Assembly (NCBI GenBank): GCA_045631345.1
Contig: JAZQUP010000021.1
Span: 39,207 to 103,206 of the forward strand
Source of the DNA: Candidatus Avispirillum sp.
GTDB lineage: Bacteria > Bacillota > Clostridia > Oscillospirales > CAG-272
DNA: 64,000 nucleotides
Direction: 5' to 3'
Part shown: positions 29,511 through 40,129 of the stretch, piece by piece
How positions within the stretch are numbered: the stretch's first letter is position 1
How the letters are laid out: each line of letters opens with the position of its first letter
The notes under the pieces: model-generated
What the model was told of the DNA's origin: nothing
Seen by the model: the letters and a program-made list of their open reading frames with translations, nothing else
The model's database searches: none
Position numbers and translations under genes: made by a program

Positions 29511-29550
29511 TTTAAGCTCCTTGATTTATTGCTGTATAACGGTTTATAAC

Positions 29551-30096
29551 TCACATAAGTTTTTCGTTATAATGCGCTCTTTCTCCGCCGATAAATTTTG
29601 CTCTTGTGCGCGCCGCATTAAGTGTAGCCTCACCGATCTTATTATTTACAAGGCGTAGGGGCACAGCAACCTTCTTAAGATGCATGCCGATAAGCGTCAT
29701 ACCAATGTCAATTCCTGCATCAGCCTTGATCTCTTCAAGCGCAACAGGATCGTCCATAAATTTATAAGCAGCTGTTGCAAATGAGCCTCCTGCCTTGGGG
29801 AAGGGAACAACGTTCACTTCTTCTGCTCCCTTTGAGGCCTTGCGCTCTATTATAATAGCTCGGTTAAGATGCTCGCAGCACTGAGCCGCCATATGAATGC
29901 CTGCATCGTTGAAAATTTCAGCAAGGCCAAGATATATAGCTTCTGCCGCTTCGGGAACAGATGCGCTTCCTATCTGAGAACCGCAAACCTCGCTTGTGGA
30001 GCAACCGATAACAACGGTCATTCCTGCTTTAAGGCTTGCTGCTTCTATCAGTTCAGCCGCTACGGCTTTAGCTTGTTCTTTTATTTTTGAATACAT
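29551..30096 (-). CDS. ywlG: TIGR01440/YwlG family protein
   Basis: GCSTSEV, QCCEHLNRA, AGGS, GIDIG.TLIGMHLK, TR.K.IGGERA. Confidence 0.9.
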   Translation of the reverse strand: MYSKIKEQAKAVAAELIEAASLKAGMTVVIGCSTSEVCGSQIGSASVPEAAEAIYLGLAEIFNDAGIHMAAQCCEHLNRAIIIERKASKGAEEVNVVPFPKAGGSFATAAYKFMDDPVALEEIKADAGIDIGMTLIGMHLKKVAVPLRLVNNKIGEATLNAARTRAKFIGGERAHYNEKLM

Positions 30097-30138
30097 AATT
30101 TTCACTTCCTTTTGAGTTATTCTATCATCAAAAGCATT

Positions 30139-33100
30139 TTATGTCAATTCCACAGTATCTCCAAGGGCAAGAGAATATATCAGCGTCTGATCAATTTCCC
30201 TGCCCAGAATTTCAGCGCAAAGCTTTTTATATGTGAGCAGCTGATTGCTGTGGCGCTCGGTCAGCTTTTTCTCTGCCAGAGCTCTGTTTGCAAGCTCATC
30301 CTTTGTCAGTCGGTCTGTTTTATAGTCCACAAGAACAGCTTTACCCTCTGCGTCAATGAAAAGGCAGTCCACAACGCCCTGAACACATATTTTCACGTCA
30401 TCATCTGAAAGGAAACGACGTTTTTCCTCATCTTCTGTGAAAAGCGAAGCGGGAACAAGAGAGTTGAAGCGCACCTCACGATATATCTCCTTTGCTTCCG
30501 TGATTCTCTTATAGAGAGGGGATGAAGCAAAGTTTTTGATCTCGTCAAGGCGAACAAGGTCTTTTGTTTCTTTTGCAATATATTGCAGGCGGCACAGTCT
30601 TTCTGCTTCTGCCTCTGCATCGTTAGAAAGAGCCTTGAAATCGCAGAATTGCAAAAACAAATGGGTTGCTGTTCCCATTTCTGCGGCGCCCGCCTTTTTC
30701 TCTCCTGCAAGGAAAGCAGGAAGAGGAGGAGCCTCTCTTGTATCTGTATAGCCGTTGTCAAGAACATTGGAGCTCAGCTTTGAAACAGGAAGCTTTGAGG
30801 GGATTTGGGAAAGATATGCTTTTTTATATAAAAATGCAAATCGTTTCTTTAATTTTTCGGCAAGCTCCTCTGCTTTTTCTGCATCAAGCGGCTCAGCTTC
30901 ATTATCCCATTCCTTTTCCTCATATTCAGGGGATGTGCTTATGAGCTTAAAGGAGGGATCAAGACAGTTGCTTGTTGCCGCATCAAGAACCCATGCGCCC
31001 CAGCAGTTAGAGCCGCATATGCCGTAGGCTGTTGCGCCGATAGCTGTTCGCTCCGCTGATTTTTCAAGGGTTTTTTGAGCATCATCGCTTTTCATTGTGA
31101 TGATGATTTTTTCTTTTGCTCTTGTAAGTGCTACGTAAAGCACTCGCATTTCCTCTTCAATATCCTTCTGTCTTGAGCGAAGGGCGGCTGCACGTCTGAA
31201 GGGGTTATCGCATTTCACTATACCTTCAGGGTCGGGAAGCTTTGAAAAGAGACCGAAATCAGAATCAATAATAGCTGATCTTTTTCTGTCGCTCATATTA
31301 AATTCTCTTGCTCCGTCGGAAAGAAAGCAAACGGGAAATTCAAGTCCCTTTGAGCGGTGAACTGTCAGAATGGTAACAGCATTTGCATTAGCTGCTGGCT
31401 CCTTTGCTTCTGTTTGCGACATAAGTCCCTTCAGATAAAGAATGAAATCATGGAGTCCGCCTCCGTTGGCGGCGCATGCAAGAGAATGAGAATACATTCT
31501 TCGAACAGAGCGTCGGAGCCGTCCGTTTCCGCTGTCATCACGCAGGGCATTGAAGCCTGAATCGGTTATTATCATATGCAAAAGCTTATGGCAAAGCATA
31601 TTTCTTGAAGCTTCTCTGTAGTAGTCTAGCTTTTTAATAAAGGCAGAAAGACGGCTAGCAAGGGAATCGCTGTTTTCACTTGCGTATTTTTTAACAGAAT
31701 ACCATAGTGGTGCCTTATCTTTGCCACGCAAAAGCACAAGCTCCTCCATAGTGAAGGCAAAGAGGGGGCTTTTCATAGTTGCCGCAAGATAAATATCTCT
31801 TGTAGGATTGTCTATTGCGGAAAGCAAGCTCAGCAAAAGGAGAACCTCGCTGTAATTGAAAAAGCTTTCCGTTGCACTGTTTTTAACGGGAATTCCGTAT
31901 TTTTCTAAGGCTTTTTTGTAAGTGGACGCATTTTTGCCTGTTCTGAGAAGAATGGCTATATGCTTAGGCTGCAGCATTTCTCCGTTTCTCAGGCTTTGGC
32001 CTTCAAGCATTTCCTTGATTCTTTGAGCAACATAATCTGCTTCAAAGCTTTCGGGGAAATCCTCCCTTTTTTCAACTATACAAATTTCTGCCGCATCCCC
32101 CTCAAGTCCGTTTTCCTTTGCGCAAACAAGTCGGTCTGCCTTTTCAAAGGGGGTTTCGCTATGGGGGAAAATATAGTCTGAAACAAGATTTGAAAAATCT
32201 ATAACTCCCGAATCAGAACGATGGTTTTCACTCATAAAAATTGCAGTTCCGTTTTCGGTTTCTTCGTATTCATTTCTGTATTTAACGAAAATTTCAGGGC
32301 AGGCTCCGCGGAAGCGATAAACCGACTGCTTCACATCTCCCACCATAAAGCGGCTACCGCAGGCTGAAATAGCGGTGTATATCATATCCTGCAATCTGTT
32401 TGTGTCCTGATATTCGTCAATAAAAATATGGTCGTATTTTTTAGCAACTGCCAGCGCTTCAGGAGTAGGCTCTCCGTCTTCGCGGCAGAAAAGCTTAGCT
32501 GCAAAGCGTTCAATATCGTTGAAATCAACCTTTCCTCGCTCACGCTTTGCCTCTGCAAATCTATGGTCAAATTCCTTCAGAATATGGCCGACAGCCTTTG
32601 AAAGCTGAGCGTTTTTCTCTCTTGCCTCTGCAAGCATTTGGGGTGAAACGGAAAAATAGTTTTCAAAAAGGTCGTCAAGCTCCTTTTTAAAGCGAGTTTT
32701 TGCTTCTTTGAAGCTTTCATATTCCTCTGTGGAATGTTCTTTTTTAACAGGAGCAGATTTTGGAAGGATCACATTTGAAAGCAGATCTCTTGAATGCTCG
32801 TAGCCCAAGCATGAAGCGTCATAAAGTCTTCTTGCAATGTCAGCGCATTCTTCTGCGCCCACGGCATTTTTAGCAGTTGGCTCATATTCAGCCAGGCTAT
32901 CTGCCAACATAGAGAAAAGCGCAGAATAATGATATGAAATATCCTGCATTTTCTTTGCAACAGATGTGCCAACCCCAAGTGCGAGAAAATCTCCAATGTT
33001 TTTTTCTTCTGTAAGAAACTCAGGCTCAAGCCCGAGGCGCATAAGGTCATCCCAAAGAGAAAGCAAAGTTCCGTCAAGGCCTTCATCGTCTCTTGCACCT

Positions 33101-33597
33101 GATAGAGCATCGCAAAGCAGGCTGAAATTCTCAATTTCAAGCTGACCTTCAAAGCAGTCGCTGACGGTGTCAAGCATAAGTTCTCTTTTCATTTCAGCCA
33201 CATAAGCTTCTTCGCAAACAGAAAAATCGGGCGGAAGTGAAAAGCGCACAAAATAAGGCTTCAGCTCAGAGAGCAGAAAGCTGTGGGTCGTGGAAATCGC
33301 AGCACCTTCAAGGTCTCTCAGCTGACGCACAAGGCGTTTATCCGAGGGATCCTTTGCTATAGCTGCAGTCAGAGCGGCGGCAATTCTTGTTTTAAGCTCT
33401 GCGGCGGCATCATTTGTGAATGTAACTATAAGCATTCTTGAGATTTCCGCATTTTCTTCGGGATCACAAAGAAGCTCTATTATTCTCTGAGTGAGAGTGG
33501 CGGTTTTTCCGCTTCCTGCTGCAGCAGAAAGAAGCAGATTTTTTCCTCTGAAATCAATAGCTTCTCTTTGCTCTTTATTCCAATTGAAATTTGCCAT
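30139..33597 (-). CDS. addA: ATP-dependent helicase/nuclease subunit A
   Basis: AAAGSGKT, DEYQD, VGDVKQS, SKGLEF, YVALTRA, C-terminal GVVD..VDYKT nuclease. Confidence 0.93.
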   Translation of the reverse strand: MANFNWNKEQREAIDFRGKNLLLSAAAGSGKTATLTQRIIELLCDPEENAEISRMLIVTFTNDAAAELKTRIAAALTAAIAKDPSDKRLVRQLRDLEGAAISTTHSFLLSELKPYFVRFSLPPDFSVCEEAYVAEMKRELMLDTVSDCFEGQLEIENFSLLCDALSGARDDEGLDGTLLSLWDDLMRLGLEPEFLTEEKNIGDFLALGVGTSVAKKMQDISYHYSALFSMLADSLAEYEPTAKNAVGAEECADIARRLYDASCLGYEHSRDLLSNVILPKSAPVKKEHSTEEYESFKEAKTRFKKELDDLFENYFSVSPQMLAEAREKNAQLSKAVGHILKEFDHRFAEAKRERGKVDFNDIERFAAKLFCREDGEPTPEALAVAKKYDHIFIDEYQDTNRLQDMIYTAISACGSRFMVGDVKQSVYRFRGACPEIFVKYRNEYEETENGTAIFMSENHRSDSGVIDFSNLVSDYIFPHSETPFEKADRLVCAKENGLEGDAAEICIVEKREDFPESFEADYVAQRIKEMLEGQSLRNGEMLQPKHIAILLRTGKNASTYKKALEKYGIPVKNSATESFFNYSEVLLLLSLLSAIDNPTRDIYLAATMKSPLFAFTMEELVLLRGKDKAPLWYSVKKYASENSDSLASRLSAFIKKLDYYREASRNMLCHKLLHMIITDSGFNALRDDSGNGRLRRSVRRMYSHSLACAANGGGLHDFILYLKGLMSQTEAKEPAANANAVTILTVHRSKGLEFPVCFLSDGAREFNMSDRKRSAIIDSDFGLFSKLPDPEGIVKCDNPFRRAAALRSRQKDIEEEMRVLYVALTRAKEKIIITMKSDDAQKTLEKSAERTAIGATAYGICGSNCWGAWVLDAATSNCLDPSFKLISTSPEYEEKEWDNEAEPLDAEKAEELAEKLKKRFAFLYKKAYLSQIPSKLPVSKLSSNVLDNGYTDTREAPPLPAFLAGEKKAGAAEMGTATHLFLQFCDFKALSNDAEAEAERLCRLQYIAKETKDLVRLDEIKNFASSPLYKRITEAKEIYREVRFNSLVPASLFTEDEEKRRFLSDDDVKICVQGVVDCLFIDAEGKAVLVDYKTDRLTKDELANRALAEKKLTERHSNQLLTYKKLCAEILGREIDQTLIYSLALGDTVELT

Positions 33598-33613
33598 AGC
33601 TTCTTTCCTTTCT

Positions 33614-36600
33614 TTAAGAATCTTTTCTGCAAACAGGACGCATTTTGCAATATTCGCAGGGGCTTCTGCCGTCGTGGTCCTCAGGGGATGCGGAGCAGTC
33701 TCCGCTTTTCATTTTCATTCCCGATTCTCCTATTGCAAGGCAAAGAGCATCTCTGATCTCGTCCATCTGCTCTCTTGAGGCAACGCTGCTTCGCTTGGAA
33801 AGCGTTCCGTCCGATTTAAATGATGCGGGAATATATTTGCCCTCTCCCAAGGGCTCCATTGCACGAATTATGTGTTCTTCATCAAGAACGATACCTGTTC
33901 TTGAAATTGCCTTTTCAACAATACCTCGCGCATCATCGCTGCTTACGGGAACAGAGGATGATGCTTCTCCGGGTCTGGCTGAGAAATAAACTGCGCCTGC
34001 AGGAACAAGCTCCTCACCGTTTGGCGCAATATTGCGACGAAAATCGCAATCGGGACATCCGCAGATAGAGAAAAGGTACAAAAGAAGCTGAACGTTTCTT
34101 CCTCCAACAACCTCTTCAAGCTTAAATTTCTTTGAGCCGGTCTTGTAGTCGGCAACTCTGATGTATACACTGTTTCCGTCCTTGTAGCTGTCAAGTCTGT
34201 CAACTATACCAACAAGCGACATAACGCTTCCGTCGCCAAGAGGAATCTCAAGAGGGGGGAGTGCGTCAGTGCCGACCTTCATTTCAAAATCGTATGGCTT
34301 GAAGCGGGATTGTGAAAACTCACGGTTGAGAGAGGCAATATAAAGCATCAGCGATCTTGTAACCCTCTCAAAGAGATAGCTGAGGCGTCCGCCTGCGTTT
34401 TCGGGAGAAACCGCCTTTATATAATTGTCAACAAGCTGTTTTGCTGTTTCAATGGTCCACGCCTCGTCTAAGGGATAGTCTATATTTTGCTTTTTAACCT
34501 CGCAAAGAAAATCCTCCAATATCTTATGAACGAAATTGCCCACATCAGAGGGGGATATTTTAATATCCTCGCCGTCATCAAGATTAAGCACGTATTTAAG
34601 GTAATAGCTCTGAGGGCAATCCTTAAAGCATTCAAGCCTGGATTGAGAAAGGATCATGCGTTCGCCGAAGATTTCGGCGGCTCTTTCGTGAGAAACAAAT
34701 TCAGATGAAATGTGCATGCTTTCGCCTTCCTTGATCTTTTCTCCCGTTGCCGATTCAATTGCCATCCCCTCAATTCTGTCCTTTAGGGCAGGGAGATAGT
34801 ATTTTGCGGCGGCTTCATTCTGAATGAGAAATTCATAATCAAGGTGGGCGTCCTTTATAATTTCGGCTCTTGGCAGCAGCTTCATAATTCGAAGAGCGCC
34901 TGAGGATGTGTGCTTTTGAGAGCCGTTATCGCTTTGCGGGATAATAATGCTGAGAGTTTCGCTTGGAGCAGTTGCTGCCGCATAGAAGCGGAAAAGCTCT
35001 TCGCTTCGTCGGCATTCCATTCCGGGAGAAAGCTCTATTCCAAGAGGGGCAAGTACCTCTTTATCCCTTTGAGTGAAAAATCCGTTATCTCCGGGGGTTG
35101 CGGGGAATTCTCCCTCGCAGGCGCCAAGAATGATCATATGGTGGATTCCATCAAGTCTTGCGCTTCCTGCTCCCATTAAAACAACCTGATCAAGCGAATC
35201 GGGGATTGTGCCTATTTCCATTGCGGAGGCTGTGCGCTCAAGCAGATGAGCAAAGCGGATAGCGTCAGTGTCGCAATTGCCTGCAGCTTCAACAAGAGTG
35301 TCCAGAACAGAGATAACTGCGCTCCAAACCTGCTCTTTTTCCTGCGCTTCTGCGCCTCTGCACTCATTGCGAAGGCAATTTGCCTCGTCTTTTATCTGAG
35401 AATATACAGAAAAATCGCAGAGCAGCTTATAAACTGCCTCTGCTGCTTCTCTAACAGTACCTCTCAGGTGATGGGAAAGCTCCTCTATGGGAGGAATAAG
35501 AATATCTCGAGCATCGTTTGCCAGAAGGAGAAGCTGAGCGCCCCAGGGGCTGAGTCGGTCTGTATATCCATCGGGGTTCATATTCCAGCCCTCACAGCAA
35601 AACGCCCTTTTGCCACGAAGGCGCCATTTGTCAGCATATTGCTCAAGGGCATCGCATTGCTCTGCGCTAAGTCCTGTCAAGGCCGTTTTGGCACAGGATA
35701 TAATGTCTTCTCTTTTCCAGCCGTAAGCGGCAACACGGCAGGCGGAAATAACAAGGCGCATTGCGCTTTGCGCCGCCAGATCGCTTTTGGCTGAAATATA
35801 AACGGGAATGCCCATAGCGCTGAGATGAGTGTCGGTGATGCCGCGCAGGGCTTCTATATCTGCAGCAACAACGGCTATTTCGCCGTATCTTGCTCCATCT
35901 CTCACAAGTGAGCAGATTCTTGCGGCGCAAACTGCCGCCTCATCGTGACGATCGCCGCAGGTGTATATTTTCACGTTGGGACAGTCATTTTCATAGGGCT
36001 GAGCTGTATATTCCCAAAGGTTTTTCTTTAAATATTCTATTTCGGGAGATGAGCCTTTTTCCTTCAGGCTAACTATTTTAATATCCTGTCCTGCCTTTCT
36101 TGCAGCTTTGGCAAGCAGGTTTTTATATGCTCGTATATGCTCTGTGTGAAGTGAGTCTTTGTCCTCGGCTGAAAGCGCAAGGGTCACAATGCTTTCGTCG
36201 GCATCACGGAAAATTCTTCCCGCAATGCTTCGTTCCTTAGGAGTGAGAGTGTAGAAGGAATCTATAAAAACCGTATATCCTGAAAAGCAATTGTGCTCAT
36301 CAAGCACAGCGCAAAGGGCATCGGAGATCTCCTCAGGATCGTCATAGTTTTCATGCAGAAGAGCGTCATATGCTGCCCAGATAAGAGAAAGATCGTTGAG
36401 CCTTGCTGCAATTCCATCCTCTCTGTTTTCGCTGATAAGGATACGTGATGCTTCCATAAGTGTTGCGGGAGATTGTGAATAGAGGCGAGCCTCGCTGACA
36501 GCCTTCAGAAGTACGGGAACATATCTGTCTTCTCGTCCACGTCCGAAAACCTTCAATTCATTTCTCACGGAGCTAATGGCTCTCCACATAATAAGAGCCT

Positions 36601-36862
36601 TTTTGGGTTCGGTTATGTAGTTTTTTGCGCATCCGCCAAATTTTCTGAAAACAGTATCGGCGAGTCGGGTGAAGCTGAGGGTTTCTACCTGAAATGCAGC
36701 AGAAGGAGGAAGCTCGGAAGCAACAAGAGAATCCCACATAAGAGCCTGCTGCTCGGGAGCAATAAGCAGGATCTTTTGGCCGTGAGAAAGGGCATCGTTC
36801 ATTTTTTTGAGTATATATTGTTGCTTTTGGTGCCTGCCAAGGCTATAAACAAATTCAACCAT
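33614..36862 (-). CDS. addB: Helicase/nuclease subunit B (PD-(D/E)XK)
   Basis: PEQ, SFTRLA, SQSRLE..CP, GIVDRLD, DYKTG, QLLLY, CEYC..RPVC; adjacent to addA. Confidence 0.88.
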   Translation of the reverse strand: MVEFVYSLGRHQKQQYILKKMNDALSHGQKILLIAPEQQALMWDSLVASELPPSAAFQVETLSFTRLADTVFRKFGGCAKNYITEPKKALIMWRAISSVRNELKVFGRGREDRYVPVLLKAVSEARLYSQSPATLMEASRILISENREDGIAARLNDLSLIWAAYDALLHENYDDPEEISDALCAVLDEHNCFSGYTVFIDSFYTLTPKERSIAGRIFRDADESIVTLALSAEDKDSLHTEHIRAYKNLLAKAARKAGQDIKIVSLKEKGSSPEIEYLKKNLWEYTAQPYENDCPNVKIYTCGDRHDEAAVCAARICSLVRDGARYGEIAVVAADIEALRGITDTHLSAMGIPVYISAKSDLAAQSAMRLVISACRVAAYGWKREDIISCAKTALTGLSAEQCDALEQYADKWRLRGKRAFCCEGWNMNPDGYTDRLSPWGAQLLLLANDARDILIPPIEELSHHLRGTVREAAEAVYKLLCDFSVYSQIKDEANCLRNECRGAEAQEKEQVWSAVISVLDTLVEAAGNCDTDAIRFAHLLERTASAMEIGTIPDSLDQVVLMGAGSARLDGIHHMIILGACEGEFPATPGDNGFFTQRDKEVLAPLGIELSPGMECRRSEELFRFYAAATAPSETLSIIIPQSDNGSQKHTSSGALRIMKLLPRAEIIKDAHLDYEFLIQNEAAAKYYLPALKDRIEGMAIESATGEKIKEGESMHISSEFVSHERAAEIFGERMILSQSRLECFKDCPQSYYLKYVLNLDDGEDIKISPSDVGNFVHKILEDFLCEVKKQNIDYPLDEAWTIETAKQLVDNYIKAVSPENAGGRLSYLFERVTRSLMLYIASLNREFSQSRFKPYDFEMKVGTDALPPLEIPLGDGSVMSLVGIVDRLDSYKDGNSVYIRVADYKTGSKKFKLEEVVGGRNVQLLLYLFSICGCPDCDFRRNIAPNGEELVPAGAVYFSARPGEASSSVPVSSDDARGIVEKAISRTGIVLDEEHIIRAMEPLGEGKYIPASFKSDGTLSKRSSVASREQMDEIRDALCLAIGESGMKMKSGDCSASPEDHDGRSPCEYCKMRPVCRKDS

Positions 36863-36875
36863 ACGCTTTCTCCTT

Positions 36876-37700
36876 TCAGCCTTTGATAATATCTATATTT
36901 CTTTGCATAACATTTCTTTTTCTGTAGGAAAATGTATAACGGGCATATTCCTCGTCGGTCAACGCCTCCAAGTTTTTTTCGTCGCCTGTCAGCACATTTG
37001 TTGTGAAAAAGGAGATATTTGAATAAAGTGTGCCTGCTTTTTTTGCCTTTTCTGTGTGAGGACAAGCAAGCTGGCAAACATCACAGCCCCATATGCTTCC
37101 GCTTTTGCGCAGGGCTATGGTTTCTTCCTCTGTAAGCTGTCCTTTTTTCTGATTAATTGCGGAAATACATTTGGATTTATCTCCGTCGGCGCATTTGCCA
37201 GGGCAGGCAGTGATGCATTTTCCGCAGTTTTCGCAATATCTGATGTCGCAGTTACGAATTTCAATGCCTTCTGCCTCAAGCTCTGCGGCAGAAAGTGAGC
37301 AGATAAACTCTCCTATGCAAATAAAGGATGAGTGCTTTTCTGATATAAGAAGTCCGTGGCGGCCTATAACGCCCAGTCCGCATTTAGCGGCGCCGTCCCT
37401 CTCGTCAAGAGGGGAATGGTCTGCAAAGCCACGAGCAAAAACATTTTCGTATTTTTCCTTTATATATTCTTCAAGAAAGATGAAAAGCTCTCTTGAAAAC
37501 TGATGATAATCGGGAACTGATGCAAAAGCGGCAAGGCGGCTGTTTTTGTTTTCGCAGTAATAGGGAAAAAGCATAAAAACAGCATAGCAATCCTTGGGAA
37601 GCGCATCAAATAAGCGCATATTGCAGGGAGTGCAGTTTTCCACATTGATTGCGGCAAAGCTTTCTATTCCCTTTGATCTTAAAATTTCAGCTAAATTCAT
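36876..37700 (-). CDS. Epoxyqueuosine reductase QueG-like Fe-S protein
   Basis: DYH, GLGVIG, CENCGKCITACP, WGCDVCQLACP. Confidence 0.75.
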   Translation of the reverse strand: MNLAEILRSKGIESFAAINVENCTPCNMRLFDALPKDCYAVFMLFPYYCENKNSRLAAFASVPDYHQFSRELFIFLEEYIKEKYENVFARGFADHSPLDERDGAAKCGLGVIGRHGLLISEKHSSFICIGEFICSLSAAELEAEGIEIRNCDIRYCENCGKCITACPGKCADGDKSKCISAINQKKGQLTEEETIALRKSGSIWGCDVCQLACPHTEKAKKAGTLYSNISFFTTNVLTGDEKNLEALTDEEYARYTFSYRKRNVMQRNIDIIKG

Positions 37701-37842
37701 TTTTGCAAGGCCCCTTTTGCATTTGATCATTACATTTATTATATCAAATTTCACAGTTCAAATCAACAAAATAAAAATACTTGTTTTGGTAGCCTAAAGG
37801 TGATATAATTATATATTAGTGAAAACCATAAGGAGATTTATT

Positions 37843-39021
37843 ATGACTAAGATAGATATTTTTTCCGGCTTTCTTGGCGCAGGAAAAACAACACTTATAA
37901 AAAAGCTTATTTCTGAAGCATATTGCGGCGAAAAGCTTGTTCTTATTGAAAACGAATTCGGTGAGATAGGCGTTGATGCAGGCTTTCTCACAGATGCGGG
38001 CATCAACATCACAGAGATGAATTCAGGATGTATCTGCTGTTCTCTCGTGGGTGATTTCAGCCAGGCTCTGCAGAAGGTTATTGCTGAATATTCACCTGAT
38101 AGAATTCTTATTGAGCCTTCAGGCGTTGGCAAACTTTCCGATGTTATGGCGGCTGTTAAAAACAGCGCTGAGGGAGCTGAGGTTTCAGCGGCAGTTGCAG
38201 TTGTTGATGCAAAGAAATGCAGAATGTATATGAAGAATTTCGGCGAGTTTTTCAACAATCAGATAGAAAACGCTTCAACTATCGTTCTCAGCCACACAAA
38301 AGGTCTTTCAAGCGAAAAGATCAATCGTACAATTGAAATGATCAGAGAGCATAATCCTGCTGCTAGACTGGTAACTGCTGATTGGAACGAAATCGGTGGA
38401 AAAGATATTCTTGCAGTTATTGACGGAAGCGATAGTCTCAAGGCGGCTCTTCACAAAATGGAAGAAGAAGCGGCTTGTCATCACCACCACGAACATCACC
38501 ATCACCACGATGAAGAATGCTGCTGCGGTGAACACCATCACGAGCATCACCAGCATCACGATGAAGAATGCTGCTGCGGAGAGCACCACCACGAACATCA
38601 CCATCACCACGATGAAGAATGCTGCTGCGGTGAACATCACCACGAACATCACCATCACCACGATGAAGAATGCTGTTGCGGTGAACACCATCACGAGCAT
38701 CACCACCACGATGAAGAATGCTCCTGCGGATGTGGCGGACATCACCACGCAGATGAGGTTTTCTCCAGCTGGGGAATTGACGGCACGCGCAGCTATACAA
38801 AGGAAGAACTTGAAGCGGCGCTCAGCGAAATTGAAAACGAAGAAAAATACGGAATGGTGCTTCGCGCCAAGGGAATCGTTCCCACAGAAGAAGGCTGGCT
38901 CCATTTTGACTATACTCCCGGTGAGGCAGATGTACGCCTTGGGTCTGCGGCTGCTGCTGGCAGGCTTTGCGTTATCGGTTCAAAGATAAATGAAGAAGCT
39001 CTTGCAGAGCTTTTCAGATGA
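37843..39021 (+). CDS. COG0523/CobW-family G3E GTPase with long His/Cys-rich insert
   Basis: GFLGAGKTT, ENEFGE, GCICC, EPSGVG, RAKG. Confidence 0.93.
   Translation: MTKIDIFSGFLGAGKTTLIKKLISEAYCGEKLVLIENEFGEIGVDAGFLTDAGINITEMNSGCICCSLVGDFSQALQKVIAEYSPDRILIEPSGVGKLSDVMAAVKNSAEGAEVSAAVAVVDAKKCRMYMKNFGEFFNNQIENASTIVLSHTKGLSSEKINRTIEMIREHNPAARLVTADWNEIGGKDILAVIDGSDSLKAALHKMEEEAACHHHHEHHHHHDEECCCGEHHHEHHQHHDEECCCGEHHHEHHHHHDEECCCGEHHHEHHHHHDEECCCGEHHHEHHHHDEECSCGCGGHHHADEVFSSWGIDGTRSYTKEELEAALSEIENEEKYGMVLRAKGIVPTEEGWLHFDYTPGEADVRLGSAAAAGRLCVIGSKINEEALAELFR
38476..38750 (+). repeat. 51-bp coding tandem repeat (HHHEHHHHHDEECCCGE) x about 5
   Basis: GATGAAGAATGCTGxxGCGG recurs with 51-bp period. 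Confidence 0.9.
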
Positions 39022-39031
39022 GGTGAAAACA

Positions 39032-39952
39032 ATGCTTGATACCCCTGTTTATCTGGTCACAGGCTTTCTTGAAGCCGGAAAGACTCAGTTTATAAACGAC
39101 ACAATGAAGGATCCCAAATTCACAGATGCAGATAAGGTTCTTGTTATCTCCTGTGAGGAGGGTGAGGAAGAATACGGAGATTTCGCAGTTGAATATATAG
39201 ATTCTCTTGATGAGATTTCTCCTGAAAATATGATAAGACTCCAGAAGCGTCACGAAGCAACAAAGATCGTTCTGGAGTATAACGGAATGTGGCAGCTTTC
39301 AGAGCTTTATAATCGAGCTCCCGAGCATTGGATAATCGGGCAGAATATTCTGTTTTTTGATGGCGAAACATTTGCTTCCTACAATAAAAATATGAGAAGT
39401 CTTGTTGTTGATAAGATTCAGAATGCGGATCTTGTTATATTCAACCGAGTTGACGATGTGGATTGCATGGAGCTGCATCGTATTGTCAGAGGAATTTCAA
39501 GAGGCTGTGATATTGTCTACGAAAAGCGTACAGGCGAAACAGCGTTTGACGATATTGAAGATCCGCTGCCATTTGATAAGGATGCTGATGTTATTGTTAT
39601 AGAAGATCGTGACTATGCGCTGTTCTATCGTGATCTCAGCGAGGATATGCCAAGCTATGATGGCAAAACTGTTCGTTTCAAGGCTGTTGTTGCAAGAGAC
39701 AAGGCTATGGGAACAGGAACAATGTTTGTCGGTCGTCATATTATGGTTTGCTGTGAGGATGATATTCAGTATAGCCCCCTTGTTTGCAAATGGGGCAAAA
39801 GCGATGAATATCAGAACTATGACTGGGTTATGGTTGAAGCAAAGATCAAGATCACAAATCATAAACTCTATCAGGCGGCAGGCCCCGTGCTCACAGCAAC
39901 AAGCGTTCAGAGAGCATACCAGCCCACCGACCCTGTTGCAACGTTTTATTAA
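39032..39952 (+). CDS. CobW-like GTPase partner with C-terminal CCxDD (TIGR03943-like) domain
   Basis: GFLEAGKT, EEGEEEY, EYNGMW, GR..M.CCEDD. Confidence 0.8.
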   Translation: MLDTPVYLVTGFLEAGKTQFINDTMKDPKFTDADKVLVISCEEGEEEYGDFAVEYIDSLDEISPENMIRLQKRHEATKIVLEYNGMWQLSELYNRAPEHWIIGQNILFFDGETFASYNKNMRSLVVDKIQNADLVIFNRVDDVDCMELHRIVRGISRGCDIVYEKRTGETAFDDIEDPLPFDKDADVIVIEDRDYALFYRDLSEDMPSYDGKTVRFKAVVARDKAMGTGTMFVGRHIMVCCEDDIQYSPLVCKWGKSDEYQNYDWVMVEAKIKITNHKLYQAAGPVLTATSVQRAYQPTDPVATFY

Positions 39953-39953
39953 G

Positions 39954-39989
39954 AAGAAAGATCCTGCAGAAATGCAGGATCTTTCTTTT
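39954..39989 (+). terminator. Intrinsic terminator
   Basis: AAGAAAGATCCTGCA-GAAA-TGCAGGATCTTTCTT. Confidence 0.8.
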
Positions 39990-40129
39990 GAAGCATTGAA
40001 ATATTGCATTAGCCTGATCATATACATGGAAAACAATTTCTCCTAATTTGTAAATTTACACTTTGCTATGGAAAAAGCAACGGATATGTGATATAATATA
40101 CTCTAATGTTAAGAAAAAGGTGGATTTTG

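Noticed and set aside
38308-38989. Alternative-frame repetitive ORFs (TTTNITITTMKNAAA etc.)
   Set aside because: Other frames of the 51-bp His/Cys repeat in the GTPase gene
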